Assembly (NCBI GenBank): GCA_965644265.1
Contig: OZ286469.1
Location: forward strand, 64,790,001-64,854,000
From: Glycera tridactyla
Lineage: Eukaryota
Length of the DNA stretch: 64,000 nt
Direction of reading: 5' to 3'
In this document: one piece after another, positions 40,140 to 53,770 of the stretch
Position numbering within the stretch: position 1 is the stretch's first letter
Layout of the letters: every line of letters begins with the position of its first letter
The notes under the pieces: generated by a model
Seen by the model: only the letters and a program-made list of their open reading frames with translations
The model's database searches: none
What the model was told of the DNA's origin: nothing
Program-made: the position numbers and the translations under genes

Positions 40140-41864
40140 TCATCATGTAATTTTTACTCGTTAGCTCTGACAGATCATAAATCTGGATGCCTTCCAATAA
40201 ATTCTGCACGCCTGCCCAAACAAATATGTCTATTGTAAAACATGTGGGAACCTATGTTTGTTTGGCATGAAGAGCATGCACTGTTGCAGGCAGCGGTTGC
40301 TTTAATAATTCAGATGCGAACTCCATGTAATATTAATAAGTGCGTCATGGCTAGAGTTCGTTCAGACCAATTGAATGCGGGCCCTCTATATATCATATCG
40401 GGAGAGCAATTCACTAGAATCGCATGTACTTGATGATTTTGGGATTGCACTTCTTGAGGTGTGAAGCTTTCAATTTGAGGAAACTTGGATTTCGATGATA
40501 TGTTCCCGAGAACATCATGCTATTCTTTTGAAAACTAGTACTCAGGCAGATTAGCACCAGTTCACCTGTCTTTTTTGGAAATGAACTCTCAAATCCATGC
40601 TACAGGCATAAGCGCTACACTATGGGGCCCTATTCCAGCATAATAGTCATACATCCTTCAGTGTTAGACATGTTCAGGGCCAAGGAGAATATGGTGAATA
40701 TATTTCTCATGGATATGAAAGCATAAGAAAGACGTGCTTATTACGCATGTAGATTTTATGCATTAAAAAGCTCATCTGTGGGGTCATGTCTTTACAAGAG
40801 CGAAGGGTGGCCTTGACAAGGATAAAACATATCGCTTCATATGCAGGCGGTGAGAGTCACAGTGGCCAAATATATGGCGGAGGACACTATTCAGGCGAAC
40901 ACCTACGATTAATCGCGTTCTGATGATCACAGATGATAAGTGTGGGCAAACAGGGCCACTTGACTACCTTGACTACCATCGTGCTACCTACTCCATTATA
41001 TGATGCACTCTGGTGCAGGCTACTAAACAGGGTGGAAGGATTAACCCTGGCGTCCAATCAACATCTTGCAGGTTAATAGCTGCTCACACCTCATCCGCCC
41101 GTCAATTCAATCAGTCAGCATCGCCCCAAAATCGCAAATTTGCCAGAATTGCCAATTCTCTATTCTCCCCCATGAACATCGGGGAGGATGTTCCCCATGC
41201 CTATGACGGCAGTGCATAGACATGATTTACAATCTGCTAGGAATTTCCATACAAGGAAATTTCCTGAGCATTTGCTGGGATGCTGCCCCAATGATGAATG
41301 GATACACACACAAATGTGTTGGAATGGGAATTCATGGGGACAGGCCCCCTAGTTGCTGAGCAATGGTATTTTAACATGACCTAGCCATGACTTCAACATG
41401 AACTCATTTTAGATGCGGATGTGGATACAAATTCTGACGCCAATGCCAGTGGAACTGCAATACCCATCCTTAACTTCACAGAGACAAGGTGAGAAGAAAG
41501 CTAAACATTTGACATGAATGTTAAATTCAATCAGTAAGGATGGACCTATATTTAACAGAAGGACAGAAATATTAATACAAGTGTAGGTCATCAAGGAAAA
41601 TGGTTGAGGGGCAGAGAGGGAGATGCATAAGTGTGTGAGGATTCCTTCTGTTTATAGGATTTGTGGTGATCGTAGTAACTCAATAAGGGAGGACAAGATT
41701 ACAATGTCATATTGCGCTTGATTATCTTCGACCAACAAGCTGAATAGCAATGAGGCTTTAGCAGAGGACACAAACACAGACACAGACACACACCCACTCA
41801 CCCACCCACACATACATATGCTTGTATGCAATCACAAAGAAACACACATTCCAAGTATCAAACT

Positions 41865-42022
41865 CTGATTGACCAATCAGCAGCCTCCTCTCATCTTATC
41901 CTAATGAACACAACCTTGACCAATCAGCAGCCTGAATGTGACCAATCAACAGGCCTCTCTCTCATCTCATCTAACGCAGAATACAACCTTGACCAATCAG
42001 CACCATAAATGTGACCAATCTC
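41865..42022. repeat. Roughly 70-bp degenerate tandem repeat carrying five GACCAATC (CCAAT-box-like) motifs
   Basis: GACCAATC at 41871, 41918, 41940, 41991, 42013. Confidence 0.8.
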
Positions 42023-42506
42023 TATTAGATCTCACTCATCTCAGCTCATTTCCGTATCAGAGCATTCCTTTAACCATAGCGCCAACTCTTTCACATTTTC
42101 CAAATTATATTTGGTGATAGTGTTTCTAGAGTCAATGAAATAATCCCACCATTGTCCTCAACCGATGAATTGAATCTCAAGAATCCATAATGACAAAGAA
42201 ATAATATCAGGGATTTTCTTGCTCAGGAAGATGTATGGGTCTTTCTGGCACATTGATGCAGATTTCATGTGCCATTTCAGAAATGTGTGTGCCTCGAACC
42301 ATGTAATCATATCAAAGTATGGAAAATTCCATGTGCCTTCTGGACACAAGATATATGGTTTAATGTGCCCTTTCACAAATTTATGTGCCATTTGCCACAG
42401 GGCACAGCGCAAAATTATCCCTGTAATATACATATACATCAAGGTTGATCTTAATCACCATCCCACTGGTTGGCTGGCTGGCCAGCTGACTGACTGACTA
42501 GCTGAC

Positions 42507-42650
42507 NNNNNNNNNNNNNNNNNNNNNNNNNNNNNNNNNNNNNNNNNNNNNNNNNNNNNNNNNNNNNNNNNNNNNNNNNNNNNNNNNNNNNNNNNNNNNN
42601 NNNNNNNNNNNNNNNNNNNNNNNNNNNNNNNNNNNNNNNNNNNNNNNNNN
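42507..42650. other. Assembly gap (N)
   Basis: 144 N. Confidence 1.
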
Positions 42651-43288
42651 GTTGACTGTTTCATGGGTGGGATCATTCAATACTCCTCATTCTGGGGGCC
42701 CCAAAAGGAGGAATGAATGAATAATATTCACTAATAGCTTCACAGAGGACAGCAATTTCAGAGCAGCCAAAATAATAAGGGATGCTTAGTCTCATTGGGG
42801 GTTAATTATAAGTTTGCGGGAAGGATGTGTGTGAAGTTGGCGCTCAATGAATTGGTGGATTTATCCGTATTGATCTCGCCATCTCCCGTCGTCAACCCAT
42901 TAGCTCCGTTTGTCGAAGCTACACCATCTCTCTTTTTCTTTCATCTTTGTAGCACAAAAATCGGAACTATTATGTATTCATGTCAATTTTCTGCTCTGGC
43001 GCTATGATACTTTTGATCAGAACTCAACTCTGGATATAAAGACAGGTTCTATCAAACTATAGATACAAAAATACACTTTGTGAAGTGAGAATTAGCTTAG
43101 GTGGATATACGTCTCATGCTTTCATCTTTAATACAGACCAATAGACAAGAGATTTACGAGTGGATTACCGAAAATCAAACTGATTGATTTTCAACCCTTC
43201 TGTACAATCTGAAATAACTAGTGGCTTACTTAGCACAAGCAAATATGCAAGATGGAGTGACTTGCTTGTTGTGAATGCTGAAGATGAA

Positions 43289-43368
43289 GGTGCTTGCCAT
43301 AGAAGACATGTAAGAGTAAAGGAATGCCGGTGCTTGTGATAGAAGACAAGTAAGAGTAAAGGAATGCC
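43289..43368. repeat. 40-bp tandem duplication
   Basis: ggtgcttg(cc/tg)atagaagaca(t/a)gtaagagtaaaggaatgcc x2. Confidence 0.92.
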
Positions 43369-44594
43369 ATCTCCTCAGTTTATATCCAGGTAAATCACTT
43401 GATTATCATATATTCGCCGTCCACACGCGTCACATAATGATGTATACGCCACCCGCACATTTCCTGTCCCACAAGAACCAGACACTACCGGGCTGACTTC
43501 GCCAATCTTAGTCGCCTCGGCCTTGTGAAAATTAGCTTCGTCAAGCGTATGATGTCTCCTTCATTGTGATGAGGGTGCGGCTGGCTATAGCCGTATATTA
43601 CAACTTCAACGCTCGATGCTGGACAATGAACGGCAGTCTCCCAACATCCTCGAGGACGTCTCTTCTCAACTCATCAAGTCACTATGCTTAAATCCCATCA
43701 AATATATTAGGGATTGAACTACATTAGGATGAAAACTCCGAGGAAATGCATAGAGCAAACCATCAAATTCTCACTTCTGTGAAATCTATCAGATTAAATG
43801 CCTGTGGATCTTTGTAATAGACTATAATATGTGAAAATCAGAATGGCAGACATGTTGTGATCACATCCATATGAGCTGCATAGCCATAATGCATGTCTGA
43901 TTTCTATGTTCAGAACGCGAAAATGATCAGCATGTATTGGACCTTTCTCAGTGATAGAGTTGGAAACTTGAACTCCTGCAAACCATATGTACCTTTTATT
44001 CCCTGTTATACCCTAATCACTACATCTCTACATATGTCATGTAGAAATCAGAGTGATTAGTCTCTTTTTAGAAATGACATGGAACACAATCGCATCCATT
44101 TCCAGAGATTGCAAATCATCTTTTTTCAATGAAGGATCAATTGACCGCATTGAAAGCAGTCGAATATCAACTGAGTGAATGATTTCTATAATTTCGATTG
44201 CCATGGATTGCATCACTGGCTCCGTACCAATTAGCTGGGGAGTGTTGGATGTCATATTGCATGAGGCGGGAGGAGGAATATGCGCAGTTGGAGCTCACTA
44301 TCATGGACCTCATGAAACGGGGCCTTCAATTAAACTGAAAGCCCTAAATGAACAGGAGCATATTAGAGCCACGGCGATGAATGATCAACCCCCACCCATG
44401 CCACCGATGCACAATTTATGAGCCATCGCGTGCATATTCCATTCATATTTCACATGAGGCATGGCGACAGTGCATCCGTCACATGACCAACATGGCTTTA
44501 TGCCGCCATGACTACGTTCGTTCGTGGCCTCTTGCAAACTTTGTCTGGCATCTCCCGTGACAATCATCCCCTGCAGTTATCCGTCCGCAGTCTG

Positions 44595-44640
44595 CTGTGA
44601 CGTCATGCATCACTGAACTGCAGTCGTTGCCATAACAACA
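44595..44640. promoter_or_regulatory. Full CRE palindrome next to an RFX X-box-like motif
   Basis: TGACGTCA 44598-44605; GTTGCCATAACAAC 44626-44639, within a CpG-rich block at 44380-44700. Confidence 0.35.
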
Positions 44641-45324
44641 GAAAGCCACACATTACCACTTTCAGCGCGACCTTCACAAATATCATCGATCATCATCCCC
44701 ATCTTTCTACATTAGACAACTTCACTTTAAATGCTAAATCTACATAATCAGCAAATCTAAATGAATAGCAAAGACACCTCACTCAGCCATATTCCATGAA
44801 GCTGAATTTGGGTTTATCAACGCCTAGACGAGAATATAAATGGTGCCAGAAGGGCCTGACTGGTGTATTGACACAATATCATTGAGTTATTGACATAACA
44901 CAGTTGCATTCATCACTGGCATGTGTTCATATCATGCTATTCATTCATATCATAAATAATTGTCATCTAAACTGCACAGAAAATGAGACCATAAAGTATA
45001 CCCTACAATCAACTTCTGCCATCAACAATAACTTGTGTTTCAACTGAATTATGCAAGACATGAGAAATATGAATTATTTTCTATCCATGATATGGGATGA
45101 TTTTATATGACTGTTGGAGAAATCCGTAGAACACAGTTTTCCATGTAATAGTGATGGAGGATTTAATTAGTTTATTTGAGTTTATTGTCCTATCCAGCAT
45201 CATATAGGTTATACTAGGCCATGATGCTCACTGAATCACCATGTGAAAAGTTCAAATGGCCTCTCATTGGCCAGTTGATGGGCCAGAGTAAACAGATTGA
45301 ACGAATACTCTGAACAGTCACTCT

Positions 45325-45394
45325 CGAGTTTACACCCGGCACTCTGAGCTTACGCTGGCGAGTTTATACTGGGCACTCTGAGCTTACGCTGGCG
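45325..45394. repeat. 34-bp tandem duplication
   Basis: cgagttta(c/t)ac(cc/tg)ggcactctgagcttacgctgg x2. Confidence 0.92.
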
Positions 45395-47987
45395 ATGAGT
45401 ATTTCTGATCTCATCCCAGCATTCACCGAAGTAAACTTGATATCCCCGTGGGCTCAGATTAGTGAGATTATGTATGCTGCGGGGAGAGGACTTCAGCTTA
45501 CAAGTCCAGCCAGCTGTCCTCTTCTCACATATGTGACCTTCACTACACTTAATACCACCTTCACTAAACTTATAGCACTGTCTCATAGGCATGAATATCA
45601 GCATACCACAAGCTTGGTTCGGTCATCACTTCTGTTTTGATTGATTGGATGGTATCTAAGTGTATAAATCAACCAAAAAGAATAATCAGTGAAACAAATA
45701 TTAAGGAACCTTCAGGTGGCAAATCGAACACTGTAAATAGCCAGATGATGACACTCGAGACCAAAGCACTGAGCATATGATACAAGTTTGACTGGTGAAT
45801 ATCCTGTGACAGCTCACTATCTGTATCTAACACAGCCAGGTCCAGGGTATGTAGTACCAAACAATAGACTTCTAGTCGCTGTCTTATATCTAGCATCTAA
45901 CAAGCTTTTCAGATAGCATACTAGACACATTGGACATTTTTTCTGAGGTGAAATGTCCATCCATCAGAATTTTAACCCCCTCCTGCTTCCTTAAATCACC
46001 TGGTTACAAGCCTAATTGCGGTAGTCGCCATGGTGATGAATTGCTTTGTTTACAAGGCAAGCTCAACACAGGGGATGGCTAGCTTGCTAGTGTCTCAAAC
46101 CTCGATAAAATTCCTCAACACATCTGCTCCCGATGCTGCTGTCCTGTTCGCAATGAATCTCCACTACTCAACTAAAATGAACTGGGCATTGATAAAAGTG
46201 TCCCCATAGAAACAGTCGATGAAAATCAAGATCTCAATTGTTATTATATTACCAATCACAAAACAGCGAAACTGGCAAAATTAGACTGCTCTGAATATCA
46301 CCAAACTGTAGTGGTCTTAGTCGTAGTATAGTTGAGCCTGCTAACAGACCAACTCTATGGAAATGGCCACCTGCCCAGAGGCCACCCACAAAGGTGACTG
46401 TTCCAAGGGTGCATCCATCAAGGTTTCCCCATGGGTCTAACGACCCAGAGAGACAATGATACTAGTAATCCTAAATCGGGTTAAATTATGCATGTTTGGA
46501 TACAACTGATACTAAATGGGGTAAGTAATGTATGGGTGCAGGATGTAGGGTGAGTATCTGAGTGAAAACAAAGAGGTAAGTGGGGTATTGTGATGCACAC
46601 ATGATACATATGCATGTGTGTGCAGCCGCAGGGATTTGGCCTGCTTCCATCAAGATAATACCACGGGGAGCGGGTACTGTCATTATATTCCTCGGTGGCC
46701 ACGCTGTAATTCTACCCATAATTCTATGCCAGCTGATCAAACATGCGGTGAGTATATTGTGTCAAAGCCATCAGGGACAAGACACACATGAAAACACCGA
46801 GTCATTTGCCACCCTAGTCCTCATGCACGCCTGCTGCTTGCATGTGTTCTGTGACTGACCATGTTCATTCCAGACAGAAATGATCCATACCAGATACGAA
46901 ACAGGGGATTTCTTGAACCTGATATACATCAAAATCTCCAATTATGAGCAGCTGCTTACTGGAAACCACTTTTTTCAATATCACCCACATACTATTATCT
47001 CTTATCTTAACTTTTTTTCATGCCCTAAAACCTGGAATCAAACACTGAAATTGGTCTCTATTAGACCATGCCCCCCTCCATTACCTTATTTGGCATGAAA
47101 TATGCGTATACATCCGAGACCTGACTACCTGCCTCGGTACAGATGAAACCAGCCTCAATTTATACATACTGTAATTGCTCAAAAAGTTCTGAAACATATA
47201 TCTGGCTGATGAATATTCAATATACACATGTTACTGGTGAAGAGAAAAATAATAAAGATAGAAATGTACTTGGGTGATTTTTTTCTTCCCACACCTCCTC
47301 GCCATAATAACGACCAGCCATACTCATATCGGCACCTGTATGCAGGCATCCATCTAGTATATCTCATATATCGTTCCTACTTAATTAGCCAGGATTCCGA
47401 AGACATCTCAGCTTACAAAATTAATTAAATTTTCCACTGGGCTTTGGGTCATCACTGACATGAAGCAATATGTGCTTATTGTAGTGCCAGTATCAGGTGC
47501 ACCATAGAACAAAGTTGAGCCCTGGTTACAGTGAGTGAGGTGTTACAGACAGGGTGGATAATTCAACAATTTGATACATTTTTCGACAACTTTTACTGGA
47601 TTACACTTCAATCTCATTACTATCATGAGTGCAAATGCTGTTACAATTGGAAATTATTTTTCTTCACAATGAACAATCTTGCATAACTCTACTACATACA
47701 TGATGTGACTGTGTAAGGTTTCTCTGTTGGTTATCACAAGGTAGATCCCAGATTACATGTGACATGATATTCTGGGTCAGGATTTGGTGGCAAACAAGTG
47801 TAAGCGGTGGCCAATCACGTCAAACGCCCGTGACAATTTGACAGACGTTGATGTATGTGACAAGGCGAGCGGACGAGCATTAGATGAAAACCCTGACAAG
47901 CTAGCATGTGGACGTCACTAAATATTTGGTAAGAGATTGGCCCATTTTAGCATAGGATTTTCCTTGGTACCGGATAGCCACACTTAC

Positions 47988-48029
47988 TTCCATCAAACAC
48001 AACCCTCCCAACGCTAATTGCACGGCCAT
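47988..48029 (-). CDS. Candidate alternative first coding exon: MAVQLALGGLCLME
   Basis: An in-frame TGA lies upstream, then ATG GCC...ATG GAA|gtaagt (phase 0 donor). Shares GLCL with the 61337 peptide. Confidence 0.35.
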
Positions 48030-51000
48030 CAATGATCATAATATAGCCCAAATGGAGCTGACATGAACATAATCTAGAACCAACAAACCTCCTATGGATC
48101 TACTGAAATGACCAGTTCAAATCAACTTTAGTGATATATTCTAATGTGGGGGAAATCAGCAGATATGAGGAGATAATTTGTAGGTGACTATAAAACGGTT
48201 CATCCAGAACTTCTCTCATCATGGGCGAACCTGAGAATAAGGAAGATGTCAAAAAGACACTGAAAACACATATCAATTATAAACCCATGTGTACAATTAA
48301 TGAGATGGTAAGTTACAGATGTCAGTGCAACAGGTGCAGGGCCTGCAGTGTCCCTGTCCTACCCCCAGATAAACATGAACCTTCCCAACCTCCAACACAG
48401 ATGGTACTCTAATGATGTCAAATTAGCGTGAAGATGGGTTGATTTTACTGGAAAGTATTTCGAAGGCTTGAGTCTACACAAACATGGGACTTTTCAGATT
48501 TACTTCACCAGTGTGCTCAATGAATCTCTTTATGACACCCCCAAAGATGAAACTTGAATGCGTGATTGCGGGCAATCAGGCATAAGCTGAGAGTAGGATA
48601 GGTGATATACATATATGTCCGTTTCAAACATATACAACTCCCCCAATCAGACGAAGCACAAGTTTTTGTGATGGTCATCAGGAAGACAGGATCACTTTAA
48701 TAGCGGAAATGTTGCAATGGATGATTGATTGGGGGAGGACAAAAGTGGGAGCGATAGCCTTTTATATTGACAAAGACTAGATTGGTTGGCCATGCCACAA
48801 ATGGGCAGACCTGATCCACTCATACACCCCTAAATTGTGGCACGTGACTGCCCTTACCCCTCTATATCCTCGGTTAAAGGGATTACATGGGATAAATTGG
48901 GGATAATGGGATGGCAGGATCGATACGTATATGCTGTAGTATATATTTATGGGCGCATATCATATTAATATAGATTTGCGATGTTATGGCCTGACTCGGG
49001 CTCAACAATTTGGAAATGCTGTCACGCATAAATCAATATCATGTTATATGTATGCATGTACCAAAATCACCCATTTGGAAGCACCTGTCTTGACTGATGG
49101 ATCTCTATGTGATCCAAAACTTATCCAGAATGCAAAGTTACTCTATCAAATATGATTCAGATGATATATTTTCCATACAGGTGATCACACTTAATAATAT
49201 CTAGTAACTGTCTCAGATATACATTATCTATGGTCATTGACTTCAATTGGATGAGATAATAATTTTCAAAAATATGGTTATATACTTCGAAAAGTATCAG
49301 ATCGGAATATTCTGATTGCTGATTTTTTTCTTCTTCATAACATTGGCATCACAGTATGATCGATTCACTACGAGAAAACCTTACTTCAAGATAAATATTT
49401 TGATTGATCATCCACCATTTTTATTTATTTCACCACAACCTGATTGATCCAAGGCTGAGAAAGAGCGTCTCCCAGGACATGTGCTTGAAGTGATGTCAGA
49501 ATATACAATATGCAAAGGGCAAGAGGAGTGTGCTGAAACATAACCAGGGGCTAAACTGAATGCAATATGAACAGGGCTTGAAGCTAAGGTTTACAACTCA
49601 ATTACATGGTAATCCAATAGCCTGAACATTCATTTCAACTGACTCAGGCAATAGGGCACCTTTCAATGTCACGCTCTGATGCACAATGTGGTGTACAGAT
49701 GCAACATGTGTTCATGGTTCATTAGGCATGAGGGTGTTGATGAATACGGGTTTTATAGGGTTAACAGATGGGCGACCGACAGATATGAATACATGATCAG
49801 GGCAGAATAGGGATGAAGCTGTCAGTGGCCTGTTGCCTGTGGCAGCTTTTCAAACACCATGCCCTAGCCTGGCCGCAGATGCTGCACCTGTATGCAGGCG
49901 CTTTACTCATGCATGACCAAACTTGCAGGTGCAGTCACTCAGCTGTGACTGCAATATCTAGCACGCAACACTCCACCTGCATCCAGCTCCTGAAGTGATG
50001 CCCTCAACCTCCTCCTCCTCTCCTCCTCCTCCTCCTCTCCTCCTGTGATGACCTCCTTCTCCCCCCCTCCTCTCAGCAAACAGCTGTGACCACTCAACCC
50101 CCTGGGGTGTTAAGTAAGTAATCTGGACATGCTTCATTGAGCATCTAACATGATTAAGCCTCTCCCTGTGATACCTGTTAGAACATCTCAGATTGCAATC
50201 ATCTGTTGAAACACTGCTACACACCACACCTTCTATCAACTAACCCAAACCACATTCAGAGATGAACAGAAACTGAAAAGCCAATTCTGAAGAGCAGCGA
50301 AGTCAGTATTTGCAATGGAATAATAAGAAAAGTAGGGTCACCTGTCAAACGCTTGATTTCTGGCGTAAAAAGCTAGCAATTACACCTGAATTGTAACGGC
50401 TGGCATCTATGCATTCAAAAGCAAGAATCCCGATATCTTATTCACTTCTGAACTTGAAAGCTGAATCAAAGATTCCCTTCAACCCAAGAAGAGTAAGTTC
50501 AGTAGATTGGCACATTTTTGACTCAGACAAGAGAAAATTGTTGAATGATTTTGGTGGACCATAAACTTTTTCAGTATATTTTTACGATAAGCTGATCTAG
50601 TCAGCAGACAGGTCCAAAGACACACATTTTTACACTTCCGACATCATCGCAACATTCAAAGCCAAGCAATTAAGGGGTCATTAGCCGTGGAAGAACAGAG
50701 AAGTTAGTAGCCTGGGTGCCAGAATCAGGCCATTAGAGGCCTAATCCGACATGGTTGGCCGGACTCCAAGCTGATTCCATTGTGCAATCAACCGACACTG
50801 CCACATTTTGTTCGCATGGTTGGTGTGGGAGCCGCCAGCAAGCCAATTCTCTACTTAAGGCACATCACTGTGCCATCTCAGCCAACCTCCCATCTCATAA
50901 CATGTGCTTTCTGGACAATCAAGTCGCCATAAAACACCACAGCTATTGGCATGGTGCTCTGCATTTGAATTTCTCTTAGTACATCCTGTACTAATTCAGT

Positions 51001-51092
51001 CACTAAATTTAGCCAGTGTCTAATACTATAGTTAGTGACCTCCAATCGCTTCTCTAGAAACCGACTTCTATCAAATCTAGATCTCTTATGTA

Positions 51093-51209
51093 CAGTCAAA
51101 CCTGTCTATAAAAGGCCACCTTTGGTGATCTCTAAAAGAGTCCCAGCTCAGGGTGGCCTTTATGGGTAGGTGGTCTTTGGAGAGGTCGTCTCTCAAGAAG
51201 GTTTGACTG
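51093..51209. mobile_element. Short MITE family B copy, TA TSD
   Basis: ta-CAGTCAAACCTGTCTATAAA...AAGGTTTGACTG-ta; 117 bp. Confidence 0.82.
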
Positions 51210-51619
51210 TACATGTAATTCATAATTTCAAGGCTATATTCTGGCAATGTATGTTAGTGATGGAAGGGCAGCAAAGAAATTCCAGCAAAATGTCAATGAC
51301 AGGGTGTTTCCTGACCAGGGAGATTGTATGTGCCATCTGGCCTCATCATCAGATATGCTTGTATATGCTGTACTCTAGTTTTCCTGACATTGAGTGAATT
51401 TATAAGACTTCTCACTTAATCATTCCTTCAGCAACAATCAGTCTGTCAGTTGCTCTCATATCATAATTCCCCCTTCTTCTCTCCCATCATGATTACCTGT
51501 GTTACTCATGACTACATATCTAATGAGTTCCACGAGGTCAGTTCCATGCCATCCACCTCTCTCTATCAACAGTACGCTAATCCAGGGGCCATCCTAGGGG
51601 CTACTAAAGGAGCTGAATG

Positions 51620-51620
51620 G

Positions 51621-51660
<40 letters not shown>
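51620..51660. repeat. (GATT)n tetranucleotide repeat (similar at 22294-22311 and 53857-53882)
   Basis: Seen directly. Confidence 0.95.
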
Positions 51661-51662
<2 letters not shown>

Positions 51663-51755
51663 GGATGTATCAAACCAAAGGTTGCCTGATTGAAGGGAAC
51701 TGAGTCACAATTGAATTTGAGTTGAAAGCACCAACTCAGCACTATATTATCACTG

Positions 51756-51990
51756 GAACAGGGATGTGATTGGCTTACAACCAAAAACCACTGAAAACAT
51801 GACTGGTGGTGCTTTTCATCAAGATTTTGTGGACCTAGAAACCCCCACAACTGCTAACTAATGGCTACTATGGCTGCATATAAACTATATGCTCTATCTC
51901 CACTGATAGTGGTCCGATTTTCATGATCTAAAATCCAAAATAGTCAGCATAAAATGATCCGTCATATGCATGGGTTTCTGCATTTGTGAT
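51756..51990. repeat. Second copy of the 7168-7405 repeat, same orientation
   Basis: See 7168-7405. Confidence 0.8.
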
Positions 51991-52311
51991 AAAGAACAAG
52001 CACATCCCTGGTATAGTGTTCAGAGATGAAGGTAAGAAAGTGAATGTTATCTCGGGGAGGAGGAGTAGGTGGTGTTGGTGATGTGGATGGTGACGGTGGC
52101 TTTGCTGCTGATCCCCAGGGTGGAGGAGTCAATAACAATGGAAGTAGTCTGACATTCACCATATGTCAACTGCTGATTAATTGAACAACCTCTCCATAAT
52201 GAATTGTGTGTGGAAGTGGTGTGTGTGTATGTGTGAGTGTAACCGAGAGACAGACAGGCAGAGTGTGTGTGTGCATGCACAGATTGTGCGTGCGTGTGTG
52301 TGTGACTGTAT

Positions 52312-52518
52312 NNNNNNNNNNNNNNNNNNNNNNNNNNNNNNNNNNNNNNNNNNNNNNNNNNNNNNNNNNNNNNNNNNNNNNNNNNNNNNNNNNNNNNNNN
52401 NNNNNNNNNNNNNNNNNNNNNNNNNNNNNNNNNNNNNNNNNNNNNNNNNNNNNNNNNNNNNNNNNNNNNNNNNNNNNNNNNNNNNNNNNNNNNNNNNNNN
52501 NNNNNNNNNNNNNNNNNN
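52312..52518. other. Assembly gap (N)
   Basis: 207 N. Confidence 1.
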
Positions 52519-53619
52519 TTGTGGCATAGAAGACAGGGAAACAAACCCTACAATATGACACCCATAATCAAATATATCCCTCAAAATACAGATGGGAAAC
52601 CAGATGCAAAGATGACCAAATTTAGTAATGATAGTAATTTAGAGTAATGATTACATGAACTTGTTATAATCAGATAAGGGGATCATGATGAGTAATTTCA
52701 CTCATAGACACTCAAAGGCTTTTGCTCAAAACACAAAATGATTAAACTACGACGGAGGACATATCTGCAGATGGCTGAATAGGAGGGCAAAGTGAAAAGT
52801 GAATTCAATTGAGTTCAGAGGACAGCTGGTCAGACAGGTTCTACTGAGCCAGCATGGACGTCCACCTGCATGTGATCTCTAACATGGATCAAACACATAA
52901 CTCAGGACAACCCACTAAACAAATCATCTGTCAAACATGCCATCTGTCTGAGTTTTCACTCCAATACAAAACAGATACACAATGCTGGACTAGATGCTCC
53001 CTGACGCTTTGACTTCCTAATACATGTATAGGGGTAATATCTGGTGATTTTAGCACATCTACCATGATGCGAAATAGGCCCTGAAGTCATCATGGGTATA
53101 CAAGCCCCTATGCATTGTGTCTAGGTGATATAGGGCCCTCATATATAGGCAAGCGGGTTGGGAAGGGAGGGAGGGAGAACCTGGGTAACCCTCAGGTGAC
53201 AAATGCATGGCCTGGCTAACAGGCTACCAGCACCTATGTGAATGCTACACCTAGGTTGCATCCTCATCATCCTCTGCCATCTCATCCTCCTCCTGCCTTC
53301 ACTGGACCCTCATACCTTTCAATCTTGATGCCCACATCTCTGGAGAACTCAGGTACAATCTTTGCCACCAAAGATCAGAGGAGATATCAACTGAGATATC
53401 AAGAGCAACACTCACTATGTCAAGGGAGATATCTCATCCCAAATTTAGAGCGTCACTCTCAATTTGGCCGAAACTCTCAGAAAGGCTGCTTGCAAGGGAT
53501 ACCTCCCTTTGGGTGATTATATTTCAAAAGCAACAATTTGGCATCTGAAGCTCCTGACCCTTCATTTTCAGGGAATCCCAATCCCTGTGTAAAATTGAAG
53601 CTGTGCAAGAGAATACCTC

Positions 53620-53770
53620 TATACAATGACTACCTGTCTACAGAGGCCACTTTGAGCTGTTACAAAGAGGGTATTCTCCACAATGGACAACCTCTCTAAA
53701 AGCCACCCTGTCTACAAAGGCAACTCTTTGATGTGACCAAGGGTAGTTTCTGTTTGACGGCTCCGACTAT
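53620..53770. mobile_element. Degenerate MITE family B-like remnant
   Basis: acctgtctacagaggccac / gccaccctgtctacaaagg subrepeats; ends ggctccgactata. Boundaries approximate. Confidence 0.45.

Noticed and set aside
48221-48307. Plus-strand MGEPENKEDVKK...NEM|gtaagt first-exon-like segment; plus-strand exon-like 41413-41487
   Set aside because: No chain of further plus-strand exons and no recognisable protein; expected at chance frequency.
52047-52170. Cadherin-like peptide VIDSSTLGISSKATVTIHIT on the minus strand
   Set aside because: Derives from a CAC/CCT low-complexity tract, lacks cadherin calcium motifs, has no donor and ends in a stop.
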